A DNA stretch of 64,000 nucleotides from Parasitella parasitica NRRL 2501. Lineage: Eukaryota > Fungi > Mucoromycota. The first letter of the stretch is position 1. Every line of letters starts with the position of its first letter. This document shows positions 1 to 12,900 of this stretch, piece by piece. The stretch spans positions 114,197-178,196 of the forward strand of contig MU619297.1 of the NCBI GenBank assembly GCA_025201805.1, in the 5' to 3' direction. Below the pieces are notes generated by a model. That model searched no databases, had not been told where the DNA came from, and saw nothing but the letters and a program-made list of their open reading frames with translations. The position numbers and the translations under genes are program-made.

Positions 1-194
1 AGTTTGTTCTCAACCAAGAGCTTATATGTTATATACCTATCCATCCATGTTACCGTGAAATAAAGTATATTTATTCATATTGTAGTTACTATATTTATTT
101 ATATATATATACGCATAATGTTCTCTATTATATGAACTTCCGAACTTAAATTAAAGTGGCATATTTTCGACATAAAATGTAAAAGATGTATAGT

Positions 195-1022
195 TTAATC
201 ATAAGAAAGATCGCAATATTTGAGCGATGGACAGTTTTTATGCAACCAGTTTCGATGCTCGTCACCAACTAAGCGTACTTGACCTTTGCAGACTAACTTT
301 GTTAAATTTGCACACTTGCTCAGTGCTTTTAAGGAATTGACCGTAATTGTATTAGATTGCCTTATATGACTGGGAAGTGTAACAACCAAGGTTTCGATTG
401 AGGGACAGTGTTCGGTAATTGCCAGCATTGCAGTGTCAGACAGATAGCTGCCGCCTTCAGAAATGAATGACCGAAGGTTTGGAGTGAAAGATACTATATA
501 AGCAACCTGTATATCTGTCAAGAAACAATCTATAATAGAGATTCGGTTTAATTTGAGATGCTTGTTCTGATTGATCCCCAATTGTGACGCAAACCCGGCT
601 ATAATCTCTACAGAACATTTGTTGATTTCGATTTCTTCGATTTTTTCGCATGATATCAAATGCATTATACTCCTAGATGCAGTTGCTGTGGCGTGCACGT
701 TATGTAATTTCAAGGACCTTATAGATATGTGTCTGGGAATCAAGATTGAATCAGGTACAAATTGAATACTATCAAATGCCAAATTTAATCCAATTACCCA
801 TTCATGATAGGGGTATATATTGTCGTCTTTATTCAGTGTATTAGCCCATGCTACCAATGCTGTAATGGAAGTGCATGTTCTTGTATGCCATAGTTGCTTA
901 CAACAGATGCTTGTGAACTTCCTAAATGCTAATCCTAATTGAAGCTGCGATTTCTCGTCGAGATATCTAACGATATGGATCAAAACATCCAGAGGTAATC
1001 CAGCAAAGGCACTTGCAGACAT
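195..1022 (-). CDS. F-box / leucine-rich-repeat (RNI-like) protein, single exon, ~275 aa
   Basis: The likely start is ATG 1022 (MSASAFAGLPLDVLIHIVRYLD, an F-box LPxE/Dxxxxx-like motif). It is followed by LRR-CC-like repeats (LTDIQVAYIVSFTPNLRSF; LSDTAMLAITEHCPSIETL). The upstream ORF extension is a CT-rich 5' UTR. Confidence 0.8.
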   Translation of the reverse strand: MSASAFAGLPLDVLIHIVRYLDEKSQLQLGLAFRKFTSICCKQLWHTRTCTSITALVAWANTLNKDDNIYPYHEWVIGLNLAFDSIQFVPDSILIPRHISIRSLKLHNVHATATASRSIMHLISCEKIEEIEINKCSVEIIAGFASQLGINQNKHLKLNRISIIDCFLTDIQVAYIVSFTPNLRSFISEGGSYLSDTAMLAITEHCPSIETLVVTLPSHIRQSNTITVNSLKALSKCANLTKLVCKGQVRLVGDEHRNWLHKNCPSLKYCDLSYD

Positions 1023-3169
1023 CGAAATATCTTGAGCTGCAAAAATAAAGAGAGAGCGAGAAAGCGAGAGAGAGAGAAAGAAGGAGAAAAGGAAAAGAGA
1101 CAATAACAAAAACAAGTATTTATTGAGCTTCAATGAGCGAAATATAAAAATGAGATAGCGTCGATTGCCTTTTTACTTGATGATGCCCGTCATTTAATTC
1201 GATATAAATATTAATTATTTGATCATGTTTCCAGATTCAACAAGGTGATAGAACTGAAAAAAGGACAAAATATTCCAACAATAACCTTTTTTTTGTTTTT
1301 TTTTTGTTTAGGATTGTTCAGTTCCACATGACTCAAAACCAGTACATGCCATGATACATAAGCACATCAATGTACTATCAAATATACAAATACACAGTAT
1401 GTATCCATACCATCGCATACATAGAAAGCCAGATGCATTAGACAGCACATTTTGACTGAATCAAACAAACATTTCATCATCATTGGTCGAGCCTTTCATT
1501 CTTGTGAAAGCAGCTTAAAAAGGATAAAATAAAGATTGCTTCTTTATTTTGAGATATAACAATTCAAAATGCAATACAGTAGTATTATAAAACTTGATTC
1601 GGGTGTAACACTATCATGTGCCCTTTAACATTGTTTTAGCGAGGCGAAACCTTAGGCAGTGTTTCATTTGTCCGTGAGTAGAAAATTATAACGTATTCAT
1701 CAAGTACGTATAAGCTCTTCCTTTTTCTGAGTCTATTTTGTGTACTGCTTTATATCTTTAGATTGTATATTGGATTGACTTATATAATATAACCATTTCC
1801 TCTTAGGAATACATACTATGGCGTTTTCTAATGGGAATAAAACAGAAGCCCCTTTCTTAGTAGCTTTTTATGTAGCCAAAGAAACATCACTTTAATTAAA
1901 TTATATTTTACATCCTATAGGGTCTTGGTTTATAGATACAATGAATAATATTCTTATTTATTACATGAAATACTGAATACTAAAGTTCAGGATCATCGAA
2001 CTAATTTTGACATAATCATTATGCATTGTTCACCATGAGCTTTGAATAAACTAGGCTAAGCTTGTTTGAGCATGCCCAAGGTATGAATAAATCAATCTAT
2101 AAAATGTAACTAGCGTCGATCTTTTCGAGGAAATCAATACATAGCAGTAATGAATATGCTAGTATTGACGCATCAAAATTAAAGAAAAGTCATGAGATAT
2201 GTTTCTTGTAATAAGCACAGATCTTCGGGCCCATCCGATTTGTTTTTGTTGTTTGTCATATGTGATCAAAAGGTCTTGATCTCACATTTTTTTTCTTGTT
2301 TCAAAACATAATCATAAGCTTATTAATATATTTATATCATATTTTCATACAAAATAGAATTAGTAAAAAAGGTAGTTTTTCATGGCAAGAAATAGATTGG
2401 CATTTGAAAAGCAAAAGCTTTTTTGATATATTCACTAACAGAAAAAAAAAGTATGTACCAGGTAGCCCTGATAGTAGTATTATCAATCATGTATAAAACT
2501 CGAGCCACTTTGTTCTTTAAGCAAAGCTACAGGTGTTCATGTGCATTTATGTATAAAAGTTAGTGTTTTTAGCAGCCAGCTGTTTGTGTATTAGGACATG
2601 CAGTGGGAACAAGGTATGTATCATATGAGGTATAATATGCACGTCTGATCGTGTAGAAGCAGTGTCTTTAACAGAAGTCGTGGACGAAAAGTGGCTGTTA
2701 CCATTATATCATTTTCGCTATTAGAAGAATGAATATTTGTCTCAGTACCAATAAGTGATCATGATAATGCTCTATTCTGTAGATCTATACAGTAATTTTG
2801 AACATTTTCATTTTAAAAGAGTGCGTTTTCGTAAATTTAAACACTTAGTTGGTATTGTCTACCAAATAAAAAACTAAATATCATATTTGATAAAAAAAAA
2901 AATAGAGTACTCATGAGATGAGTCCCTTAATCACTCGGGAGAGAGTATTTGTGATGTGTTCAGATACAATTATGCATAGATAAGTGGTTTTACAAATCGT
3001 AGAACATGTGAATAATTTTTATATACAAGTACAAAGGGTTTATTAAAAAAATAAATAAGTATAAATTGATATTCTACATAAAAGCTAAGTCATATACGAG
3101 AAAGAGAGAAAGAGAAAGAGCTAAAAGACGTAGAAAGTAATAGTAGATAGGGTACGGGTATTGGGTTGC

Positions 3170-5053
3170 TTAGATACGCTCAACCTCGCTAAGTTGATAC
3201 TTTTTGTTGCCTTCATTATCGCTATCGCTATCAAATTCCGGGGCGCGCTCAAGTTTTTTAGCATCATCGACTGCAGTTTCAACAGGAAGACCGTCCAGCT
3301 GAGGATCATGCTCAAGACTTTTACCAGGACCTTTGAAGAACTTTCTAGCGCGAGCATAATAGTAGAGAACTGAAGCACCAATAACACCGGTAAATACAAC
3401 AATAGCGTAATTCATATTATCGGGCGTAACTGGATACTCGGTGGGGCAAACAAAGAGAACAGATGTTAGCAGAATCCAAAATAGACTAATGACGTTGATT
3501 GCATCTGAAAAGGGACCCAAATGGAAAGGACCAGGCACAAAGACATTTCTAGCAACAGTCAGTTTGAGGGCGATGGGAATAAAATAGGCCATAGACGATG
3601 CAATAGTATTGACAGAGACGATGGCATTGAAGGCAGTTTCATTGATAATGTAAAGAAGACCGACAACAATAGCAAAGATAACATTGAACCACACAGCGTA
3701 GATTGGAGTCTGGGTTTTCAAATTGATGGTTGCAAGATGTTTAGAGAAAGGAGTACCACCATCACGGGCAAAAGCATAGATCATTCTTGAGCTGCCCAAA
3801 GTCAAGGCAGAGCCTGAAAAGAACATGGCACCCATAATAATCGTAGTAAATACAATAGTCCATTTATAGCCAACGCCGTCTAAGAAAACTTGAGTCATAG
3901 CAGGGCTGATTTGAGTATCGACAATTTGAGCCTGGTAATCCTGGACACAGAAGTTGACAGAGATCAAAAAAATAAGGCCAACGATAGCAGCGGTGCCGAT
4001 AGCGTAAAGAATACCGCGAGGAGCGCTACGGCCAGCATCGAGAGTTTCGTCAGACATGTGAGCAGCGCTGTCAAAGCCAGAAAGGGTATACTGAGATTGC
4101 AAAAGACCGATCAAGAATGCGTATCCGCCAGAAGAAAAGCCGGTTTGGTTGTCAAAAAATGTAAACACCCATTCAGCGCTTGGTTTGTTGGGAGTCAAGA
4201 CCAAAGCGACAATGACGATGATGAGCGTGCCGACAAGATGCCAGTAGAGCGATGTTTGGTTGAAAAAGCCGTTATATTTGACGCTGGCGGAATTGATGAT
4301 GCCGTGCACCACAGCAATAACGACGAAAATGCCGTATTGCCAGTAGATACTAGGGCTGTTGTTGGCGTCACTGATGTTGATGATGGACGCAATAAATTGA
4401 GAAAGGCCAAGATCTGCCGAAGTGATGGCAACTATATAGAGATCAAAGTTAAATTTGTGTGCTACATGATACAAGATGTGATCTAAAAAATGGTGAAATA
4501 AGACGTACCAGTCTGTAATACAAATAAAAGATTAGAATAAGGTTTACTTTCTGATTTTCGTTGCAATATTTACCAAACCAAGCCAGTTACACCAGCCAGT
4601 CAGCCAACACATAATGGGAACCCACTCTGGGGGAGCAAGCTTGGATACCCAAATGTAAAGGCCACCAGTGATAGGATAAGCAGAGCAAATTTCCGCCAGA
4701 GAGAGCCCAACGCCAAAAGTAAAGACTGATACGAGGATCCAGCCCCATATAACCGCAATTGATCCAGCAGCAAGCATGGCATCACCCCAGAGAGGAGTAA
4801 GGCCAGACAAGATTGAGCAGCAGCCAAACGCAATTGCAAAGTTAGAAACAGTTGACATGGTTTTATTCATTTCCTACGGCGGTATTTAGTGTCAGTTGAT
4901 GGTGCTTATAGTACACACTCAAAAGAGATGCTTATGCTGTACCTGTTTATAACCCATAGAATGCAATAATTCTTCCTCAGTTTGAAACTGAGGTCTGTGT
5001 TCGCCAGTTTCATTCACTTCATTGATGCTTAGGTTACGGGCCATGCCAACCAT
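3170..5053 (-). CDS. APC-family amino acid/GABA/polyamine permease; exons 5053-4943, 4873-4574, 4512-4509 (4-nt micro-exon), 4431-3170
   Basis: Motifs LHSMGYKQEM, SLAEICSAYPITGGLYIW, GLLQSQYTLSGFDSAAHMSDET, SSRMIYAFARDG and PGPFHLG. About 12 hydrophobic segments. Canonical GT-AG junctions rebuild one frame. Confidence 0.92.
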
Positions 5054-7883
5054 ATAATGATAACTAAAGTACGGGGTAGCGGAATTTTCGAAATAAAAGT
5101 GGGAATACAGCAAAAAGAGCTTTTTACTTGTGTTCAAAAAAAGAGAGAAAACGAAAAAGATAAGGCAAACGACACAAATTGTGCATCTTTTTATACCAAG
5201 AGTTAACGCGCTGCTTTAATGTTTATTTAGATCTTCCATACCATTTGTTCACCACCATTATCATGATATTACCTATTTCAAACTGACTCCGCAAGCACGA
5301 AAAAGGGTAACAAGACCATCGTGCCCACTTTAGTCGAGCCAAATGCTACAAACTTCCTGAAAGATGTCTTATCAAAATAAGGCACTGTCCTATAGCATCC
5401 TCCCGCTGACAAATATGTGGTAGCACTAATGCATTTACATACATCACCATCATCCTGAACGTGGGGGTCACTTGACCCAAATGGGATTTCCTTCCCCACA
5501 ATCTTGAATTGCAGAGATTGCAGTAAAATCCTAAAATGGTATACTTGTCCAATCAGATTCATCGCCTCTCACGCTTCTTCCAAATGTGGTTGTCCCAATG
5601 ACTAATACTTCGCTTTTCATTTCACTTATTTTGGTTATATTTTCATTTCGGGATTCTATGGCTTGATGATAAGGCAAGTGCCATATAAACCATTGAAATT
5701 TGGCGCTACTGTAATAGGGGGTTGGATACGTTGTAAGCTGGATATGATACTGCTCATTCGGGCAATCCATATCGCAACATGCAGAGAAATGGATTAAGAT
5801 GCTCAAGACACACTCATCTCAATGACATAATTCTATGATTATACATTATATTTTGTAGAGCCAAGCATACAGCACATTGATAAAACACATGTGCCAACCT
5901 AGGTATTTTTTCCCACAAAATAGAGCCTTGTGGAGTACAAACTATATCGCAAAATCCACTAAATCGAGTTTTCGGGAATAGGTATTAGCTAGCATATAAA
6001 ATATGCATGCTGTCATGTACATGCGTGCGTATAAACACGGCTATTCAAGACAGACATTGTGGCTTTATGCTTATCTTATCATGTATACAAGGTATTCATG
6101 TTGTAACGGTCAAATGTGTAACTACACTGGGACCAGTTGATCCTGGATGTCTTTTAATCCTCTTTCTCTACCCGTATATATGGAGCTTGAGACTAAAAAG
6201 GGTGCCTTAGTCATAGTCATATACAGCTAAAAACCATTCGTGGGCGACATTATATAATAGACATAAACCTTGATACGGGTAAATAATAAATTAGATTTGC
6301 TTGATTACTACGGTAAATCTCGCGGGCCACAAAGAGATAATTGCAAGAATCGACACCCTCCCCTTCCCCTTCCCAGGCGCCATTCACTTTTGTTGTAAAA
6401 GGAAAAATATGTCAAATGTTGTATTAAAAAATGACAAAACACCAACTTTTCTCACGAATTTTGACTCTGGCTGATTACTTGGACAAAAAATTCCAAGGAC
6501 GAATATGTGCGTGTGTAAAAATGTAGATTGCAGATAAGCACATTACTGTTTAGTACTTTTTGATGCAAGCGGGATTTGGCGGAAGTAGATCCAATAACAT
6601 CTTGTACCATCTTGATAATTTTGTGCTCTGTACAAGATACCAAGCAAAGGTAGACGTCTCTATGATAAATCAAAACTGTAAGGACTTGTCATTTTTTCCA
6701 AATTTTTAACAAATTTCAGCATGGTCAATCAATACCATGATAGCGCTTTTTTCCATTTTATGCCATCTGATTTTTTTTTAAAAAAAAGAGCATAGACACA
6801 TCACATACACGAACTTTACCGACTTTTCGTTAAAAGACGATCATGTCAATATTGGTTTATGTTTGCACTATTAAAGATCTTAGTTATTCCATACCATAGA
6901 TTTTTAATGGAATTGTTAATTTGCGAGGACTCAATCTATTGCTCTTTCAAATTACTACCAAGCACCGCTTCATGAGGCTCACTGCTTGCTGCCATAGGCC
7001 TGCTTCGCTTCACAAAAAAAAGTGCTTAATATCATCATCACGCCACGCTTGATGGCGACTTCTTTAGCCAGTAATTATTCTTCTAATAATAATGTAATAT
7101 TTCTATCATGCCTTCACTTTGCTACGACGATATAAAGAAATGCCAGTTTTTTCGCTCATAACATTTGCATATCCAAGAAGATCTGTCATGTGTGTCGTTA
7201 TACAATTAGCCCTGGTGGAGTCACTTTCGTCTGATGATACATGTTCTTATACAAGACGGAAAAAGCCAACTTTCATACAAAAATGCACACACAAAGTGCT
7301 TGTATCTTTGCATACGGAACACACCAAACCATGTTTTATACTTGTCTGATACCGCAATGATCAGGGCTGGCTGATATATACTTTACTTGCATTGGGTAGC
7401 GTATATATATCAAGAAATCTGCAAAAGTAGTTACTTTTTGACTGAAATAGGCAGTAGAAAAAAAAATCATCTTGGCTTTTATTACTACTCTCGTCAATGC
7501 CCTGTCCAGTACTCTAATGCTGTCAGAGTCTTCTAAATTTTGATATCCGCATAGCATTTATGCTTTGTCATTTGCAATTTTTATATTATCCACGGATTTA
7601 CAAGCAACACCCTTTCTCCCATACTGCTACATGCTTTAAAGTAGTATATCACAGCTCATTTATTTTCTGTTTCTTTATGCTAATTAATTATGAGAATGCG
7701 GTATTTGAGAGTATGTTGTATGCAGGCACCGTCTATATTGAATGTCGCGGAGACCTAATGCAAACGGTAATGATATTTCAGAGCATGTGAAAAATCCATA
7801 TTTCAAAATTGAGACAACTGTACAATAATCTTTTCAGAACTTCTTCTTTTCTTTTTCTTCTGTTTTATTTTCTCATCGCCGCC

Positions 7884-9475
7884 ATGTTGAGGTCTGCAAC
7901 CCGCTCCACCCATTTGATTTCTCGTGCTATCTCCAAGAGGTAGGTTATATTGCGTGTGCCTAGCGTGCCTTGACTAGAATAATACACATTAGAACCTTCA
8001 CTCAATCAGCTTTTGCTCGTAATGCTGCCGGCCTTCCTACCTCTTTGCAAGCCTTTACCGAGGAAGAATTGATGCTCAAGGATGCTGGTACGTGAATCTT
8101 GTGACATAGCTTGTATTTCAGCTAAACTGGGCGTGCAGTTGCTAGATTCGCTCAAGAAGTCGTCAAACCCAAGGTTTCTCAAATGGACGAGACAGAGAAG
8201 CTCGATGCTTCCGTTTTGAAAGGCCTTTTCGACCAAGGTGTAAGTGAATATGAGATGCAGTGGCGTGTAAATTTTTAGATGTTAATAACAAGGGTATATA
8301 GCTTATGGGCATCGAAACCGACGCTGAATATGATGGTGCCAACTGCTCTTTCACATCAGCCATCATTACCATTGAAGGTACGTACACAGCATTTATCGCG
8401 CCAGAGCGGATAGTAAGTGGCCTTTTTGTATAGAACTCGCCAAGGTCGATCCCTCTATCAGTGTTATTTGTGATGTCCAGGTTTGTTGATCTTTTGTGTT
8501 ACTTTGTTTTAAATCTACAATTCTTACCTGTTGGCCATGTTGGCAGAACACTTTGGTCGGTACTCTTGTTCGCAAGTATGGCAATGCTGATATCAAAAAG
8601 AGGTTCCTCCCCAAGTTGGCTACCGACACTGTGGGTTGCTTCTGTTTGTCCGAGGCTGGCTCAGGCTCCGATGCCTTTGCCCTCCAAACTCGTGCTGTTG
8701 AAAAGGATGACCATTATGTCATTAACGGCTCCAAGATGTGGATCACCAACTCTGGCGAAGCAGGCATCTTCCTCGTCTTTGCCAATGTGTAAGTCTGTGC
8801 AAACATCTGGATGCAGTAGGGTGATGCTAATGGTATTTTTACAGCGATCCCTCCAAGGGATATAAGGGTATCACTTGTTTCATTGTCGAAAAGGAAATGG
8901 GTGTGCAAGTAGCCAAGAAGGAGAGCAAATTGGGCATCCGTGCCTCATCTACATGTGTCTTGAACTTTGACGAAATCCGCGTTCCCAAGGAAAACATCCT
9001 CGGCCAAGTCGGCAAGGGCTACAAATATGCCATTGAAATCTTGAATGAGGGCCGTATTGGCATCGCTGCCCAAATGATTGGCACTGCTCAGGGTGCGTTC
9101 GATATTGCCTTGCCGTATCTCTTCCAAAGAAAGCAATTTGGTCAGTTCATTGGTGACTTCCAGGCTATGCAGCACCAATATGCACAGATTGCCACTGAAA
9201 TTGAAGCTGCTAGACTCCTGACCTACAATGCTGCCCGCATGAAGGAAGAGGGCAAGAGCTTCGTCAAGGAGGCAGCCATGGCTAAATTGTACGCATCTCA
9301 AGTGGCTGAACATGCTGCCTCAAAGGCAATCGAATGGTGCGGTGGTGTTGGTTTTACGCGCGAACTGGGAGTCGAAAAGTTCTACAGAGATGCAAAGATC
9401 GGAGCCATCTATGAAGGCACAAGCAACATCCAGCTTCAAACCATTGCCAAGCTGGTTTCCTCTACATATAAATAA
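7884..9475 (+). CDS. ACADSB: Mitochondrial short/branched-chain acyl-CoA dehydrogenase (ACADSB-like), multi-exon
   Basis: Arg/Ser-rich presequence [18 protein letters not shown]. Motifs [49 protein letters not shown] and [18 protein letters not shown]. Confidence 0.92.
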
Positions 9476-9909
9476 ATTCATCAAGTCATCATGTTTTGAC
9501 TACATCGTGGCTTTGTTTAATTGACCTGTACGTGTGTATTCATGTACACACAATGCCCAAATTAGATACTGTATCACTGCTATTGGGGCTCCGTGTGAGG
9601 AGGGATGACGTGCCAGCACACCAAGAGACTATATATATTTCATTATAGAACCTGTTTTCCATTCTCTGTCTTTCTCTTTTTTCTTTTTTCTTTTTCCTTT
9701 TAGTTACGAAAAAGTCGTGTCTTTGCTTTTGATCAACTATCTGCACTTTATTGTTTGTTTGTAGTATCAATTCTTGTCAAGATAGTTTTCTCTCTCTCTC
9801 CTGAATAACAGCTTAAAAAAGACATAAAAGACATTGCAAGTAAATTCAAATGCTACCCATCTAGCGTGATTTATCAATTCTCAAAGTTTTTTTTTGCATG
9901 TAGAATAAA

Positions 9910-12900
9910 ATGAGCGAACAGTTACCCATTAAATTTCAAGAGCATGCGAACGTAAGTATAGCTGTGATGACTCCATCTGCATCTCATTAACGAGAATTTT
10001 AGCTGACACACCTTGGGGTAAATGCATCGTCTATCGGTTTCAACACATTGACTATGGAGTCGGATAGATTCATCTGTGTCCGCGAAACAGTTGATAACAA
10101 AAACCAAGTCGTTATTATGGATTTAGCCGACAATAACGACATTACTCGTCGTCCCAGTACCGCAAACTCAGTTATCATGCACCCCAAAGCTAAAATTATG
10201 GCCCTCAAAGCTAAGAATCCAAATGGTAAATGTTGTGTGCGCTCCAAATTAACTACATGACTGGAATACTGAAGGATCTATAAATAGGTGATTTGCAGCT
10301 CCAAGTATTCAACCTCGAATCAAAGTCAAAGCTCAAGTCCTATATGATGAGGCAAGATGTTGTGTTTTGGAAGTGGCTGGATGTCAAGACAATCGGCCTT
10401 GTTACAGACACTAGTGTCTACAGCTGGTCTATTGAGGGTGAATCAGACCCCAAAAAGATTTTTGAAAGACATGCAAGCTTAGAAGACGCCCAAATCATCA
10501 ATCTTCGTGCTTCTTCGGACGAAAAGTGGTATGTTCTTGTTGGTATTGCTCCTAGAGAGGGGCGGGTTCACGGCAGCATGCAGCTTTTCTCCACCGAGCG
10601 CAATGTTAGCCAGCCCATTGAAGGCCATGCTGCTGCTTTTGCTGAAATCAAATTAGATGAGGGTGTTGCTCCCACCAAACTGTTTACATTTGCTACTCGT
10701 TCCAACTCTAACGCAAAGGTTTGTATTTTATTTTTTATTTTTTATTTTTTACCGAGACACGTGTTGCGCATCAATTAAATGTATAACTCTGCAGTTACAA
10801 ATCATTGAAGTGGATCATGTCCAAGGAAACCCTCCGTTCCAAAAGAAGGCTGTCGAAGTTTTCTTCCCTCCTGAAGCTAAAGATGATTTCCCTGTCGCTA
10901 TGCAGATTAGTCACAAGTACGGTATTATCTTCTTGGTCACTAAAATGGGCTTCATCCATCTCTACGATCTTGAATCTGGAACTTGTATCTACATGAACAG
11001 AATCAGCACGGACACAGTCTTTGTCACTGCCGAGTATACACCTACTTCTGGTATTATTGGAGTAAACAAGAAGGGCCAAGTAAGTGCGCTAACAACGGAA
11101 CAAGATACAGAGAGAAAGGCGGAAGCATAGGAATAACATATTGAATAGGTTCTTTCTGTATCTCTGGACGAAAGCAATGTTATTCCTTATATCATCAACA
11201 AATTGAATAATTCAGAATTAGCCTTCAAACTCGCTTCTCGTGGTGGGCTTCCTGGCGCTGACGACTTATATTTTGCTCGTTTCAATCAATTATTCAGTAC
11301 CAACAACTTCACGGAGGCTGCCAAGATTGCTGCTAATTCTCCCAGAGTACGTATATTTATAAATGCTCTCACATCTCGAAAATATTTTGTAACCAGCAAA
11401 TGTACATTCATAGGGCATTCTTCGTACAACCGAAACCATCGAAAAGTTTAGACAAATCCCTGCTGCTCCCAACACACTTCAGCCCATTCTGCAATACTTT
11501 GGTACCCTCCTGGAGAAGGGAGCCCTCAACAAATACGAATCTCTTGAGCTTGCCAAGCCAATCCTTACTCAAAATCGCAAGCCCCTTTTAGAAAAATGGT
11601 TAAAGGAAGATAAGCTGGAATGCAGCGAGGAGCTTGGTGATTTTGTCAAGCAGTACGATTCCCTTTTGGCGTTATCTGTATACTTGCGTGCTGAAGTCCC
11701 CAACAAAGTCGTCCTATGTATGGCGGAGAATCAGCAGTACGAAAAGATCTTGGCTTATGCAAAAACTGTTGGCTACTCTCCTGACTATGCTTCATTACTC
11801 TACAACATTGCTCGTACTCAACCTGATAAGGCTGCAGAATTCGCCTCTTCCCTTATTAACGACGAAAATGGTCCTTTGGTCGAGCCCGAAAAGGTGGTCG
11901 ATGTATTCCAGTCTCAAAACATGATTCAACAGGCAACTGCCTTCCTTTTGGAATACTTGAAGAATAACAGAGAGGAAGATGCAGCGCTTCAAACTCGCGT
12001 CCTTGAAATGAATCTGGTCCATGCCCCTCAAGTTGCCGATGCTATTCTAGGCACTGGCATGCTTAGCCATTATGATAAAGTTGTAATTGGTAATTTGTGC
12101 GAAAAGGCTGGTTTATATCAACGTGTAAGTTTTACTTGGCCAAACACATGTCGAAACAGAGAGCAAGTCATTAAACAAAATGTGATATATTTATATTTAT
12201 ATAAATGTATATACATAATTTTTAGGCCCTCGAACATTACACCGATATCCATGACATTAAGCGCATCATTCCATTCACCCACCAAATGAACGCCGAATGG
12301 CTCGTCAACTACTTTGGCAATCTCTCGGTTGATCAGACTTTGGATTGCTTAAAGGAAATGCTCAACAATAACCTTCGCCAGAACCTCCAGATCGTAGTTC
12401 AAATCGCCATCAAATACTCTGAGCAGCTGCAGCCCCATAATTTGATTGAGCTCTTTGAATCATTCAAGTCCAACGAAGGTCTTTACTATTACCTTGGATC
12501 TATTGTCAATGTCAGCCAGGATGGCCTGGTCCATTACAAATACATTCAAGCTGCCTGTCGTACCGGCAACGTTCGTGAAGCCGAGCGTATCTGTCGTGAA
12601 AGCACCTATTATGATCCCGAAAAGGTCAAGAACTTTTTGAAGGAAGCCAAATTGAGCGACCAGCTGCCTCTCATCATTGTCTGCGACCGTTTCAACTTTG
12701 TCCATGACCTTGTTCTCTATCTCTACCATAATCAGTTGCAAAACTTTATCGAAACCTATGTTCAAAAGGTAAATCCCTCTCGTACCCCTGAAGTCATTGG
12801 CGGTCTTTTGGATGTTGGATGTAATGAAGACACCATCAAGAACTTGCTTCTCTCTGTCCAAGGCGACTTCCCTGTTGATAAACTCTGCGAAGAAGTCGAG

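Noticed and set aside
1023-1133. Hydrophobic 'signal peptide' extension of the F-box ORF
   Set aside because: It comes from a TTG start and translation of a CT-microsatellite 5' UTR. The F-box begins right after ATG 1022.
3121-4486. Long ORFs overlapping the permease (e.g. 3890-4486 +, 198 aa)
   Set aside because: Antisense or alternate-frame shadows of a codon-biased gene, with no recognisable motifs.
5278-7790. Many short ORFs in the permease/ACAD intergenic region
   Set aside because: No motifs, no codon bias and no consistent splice model.
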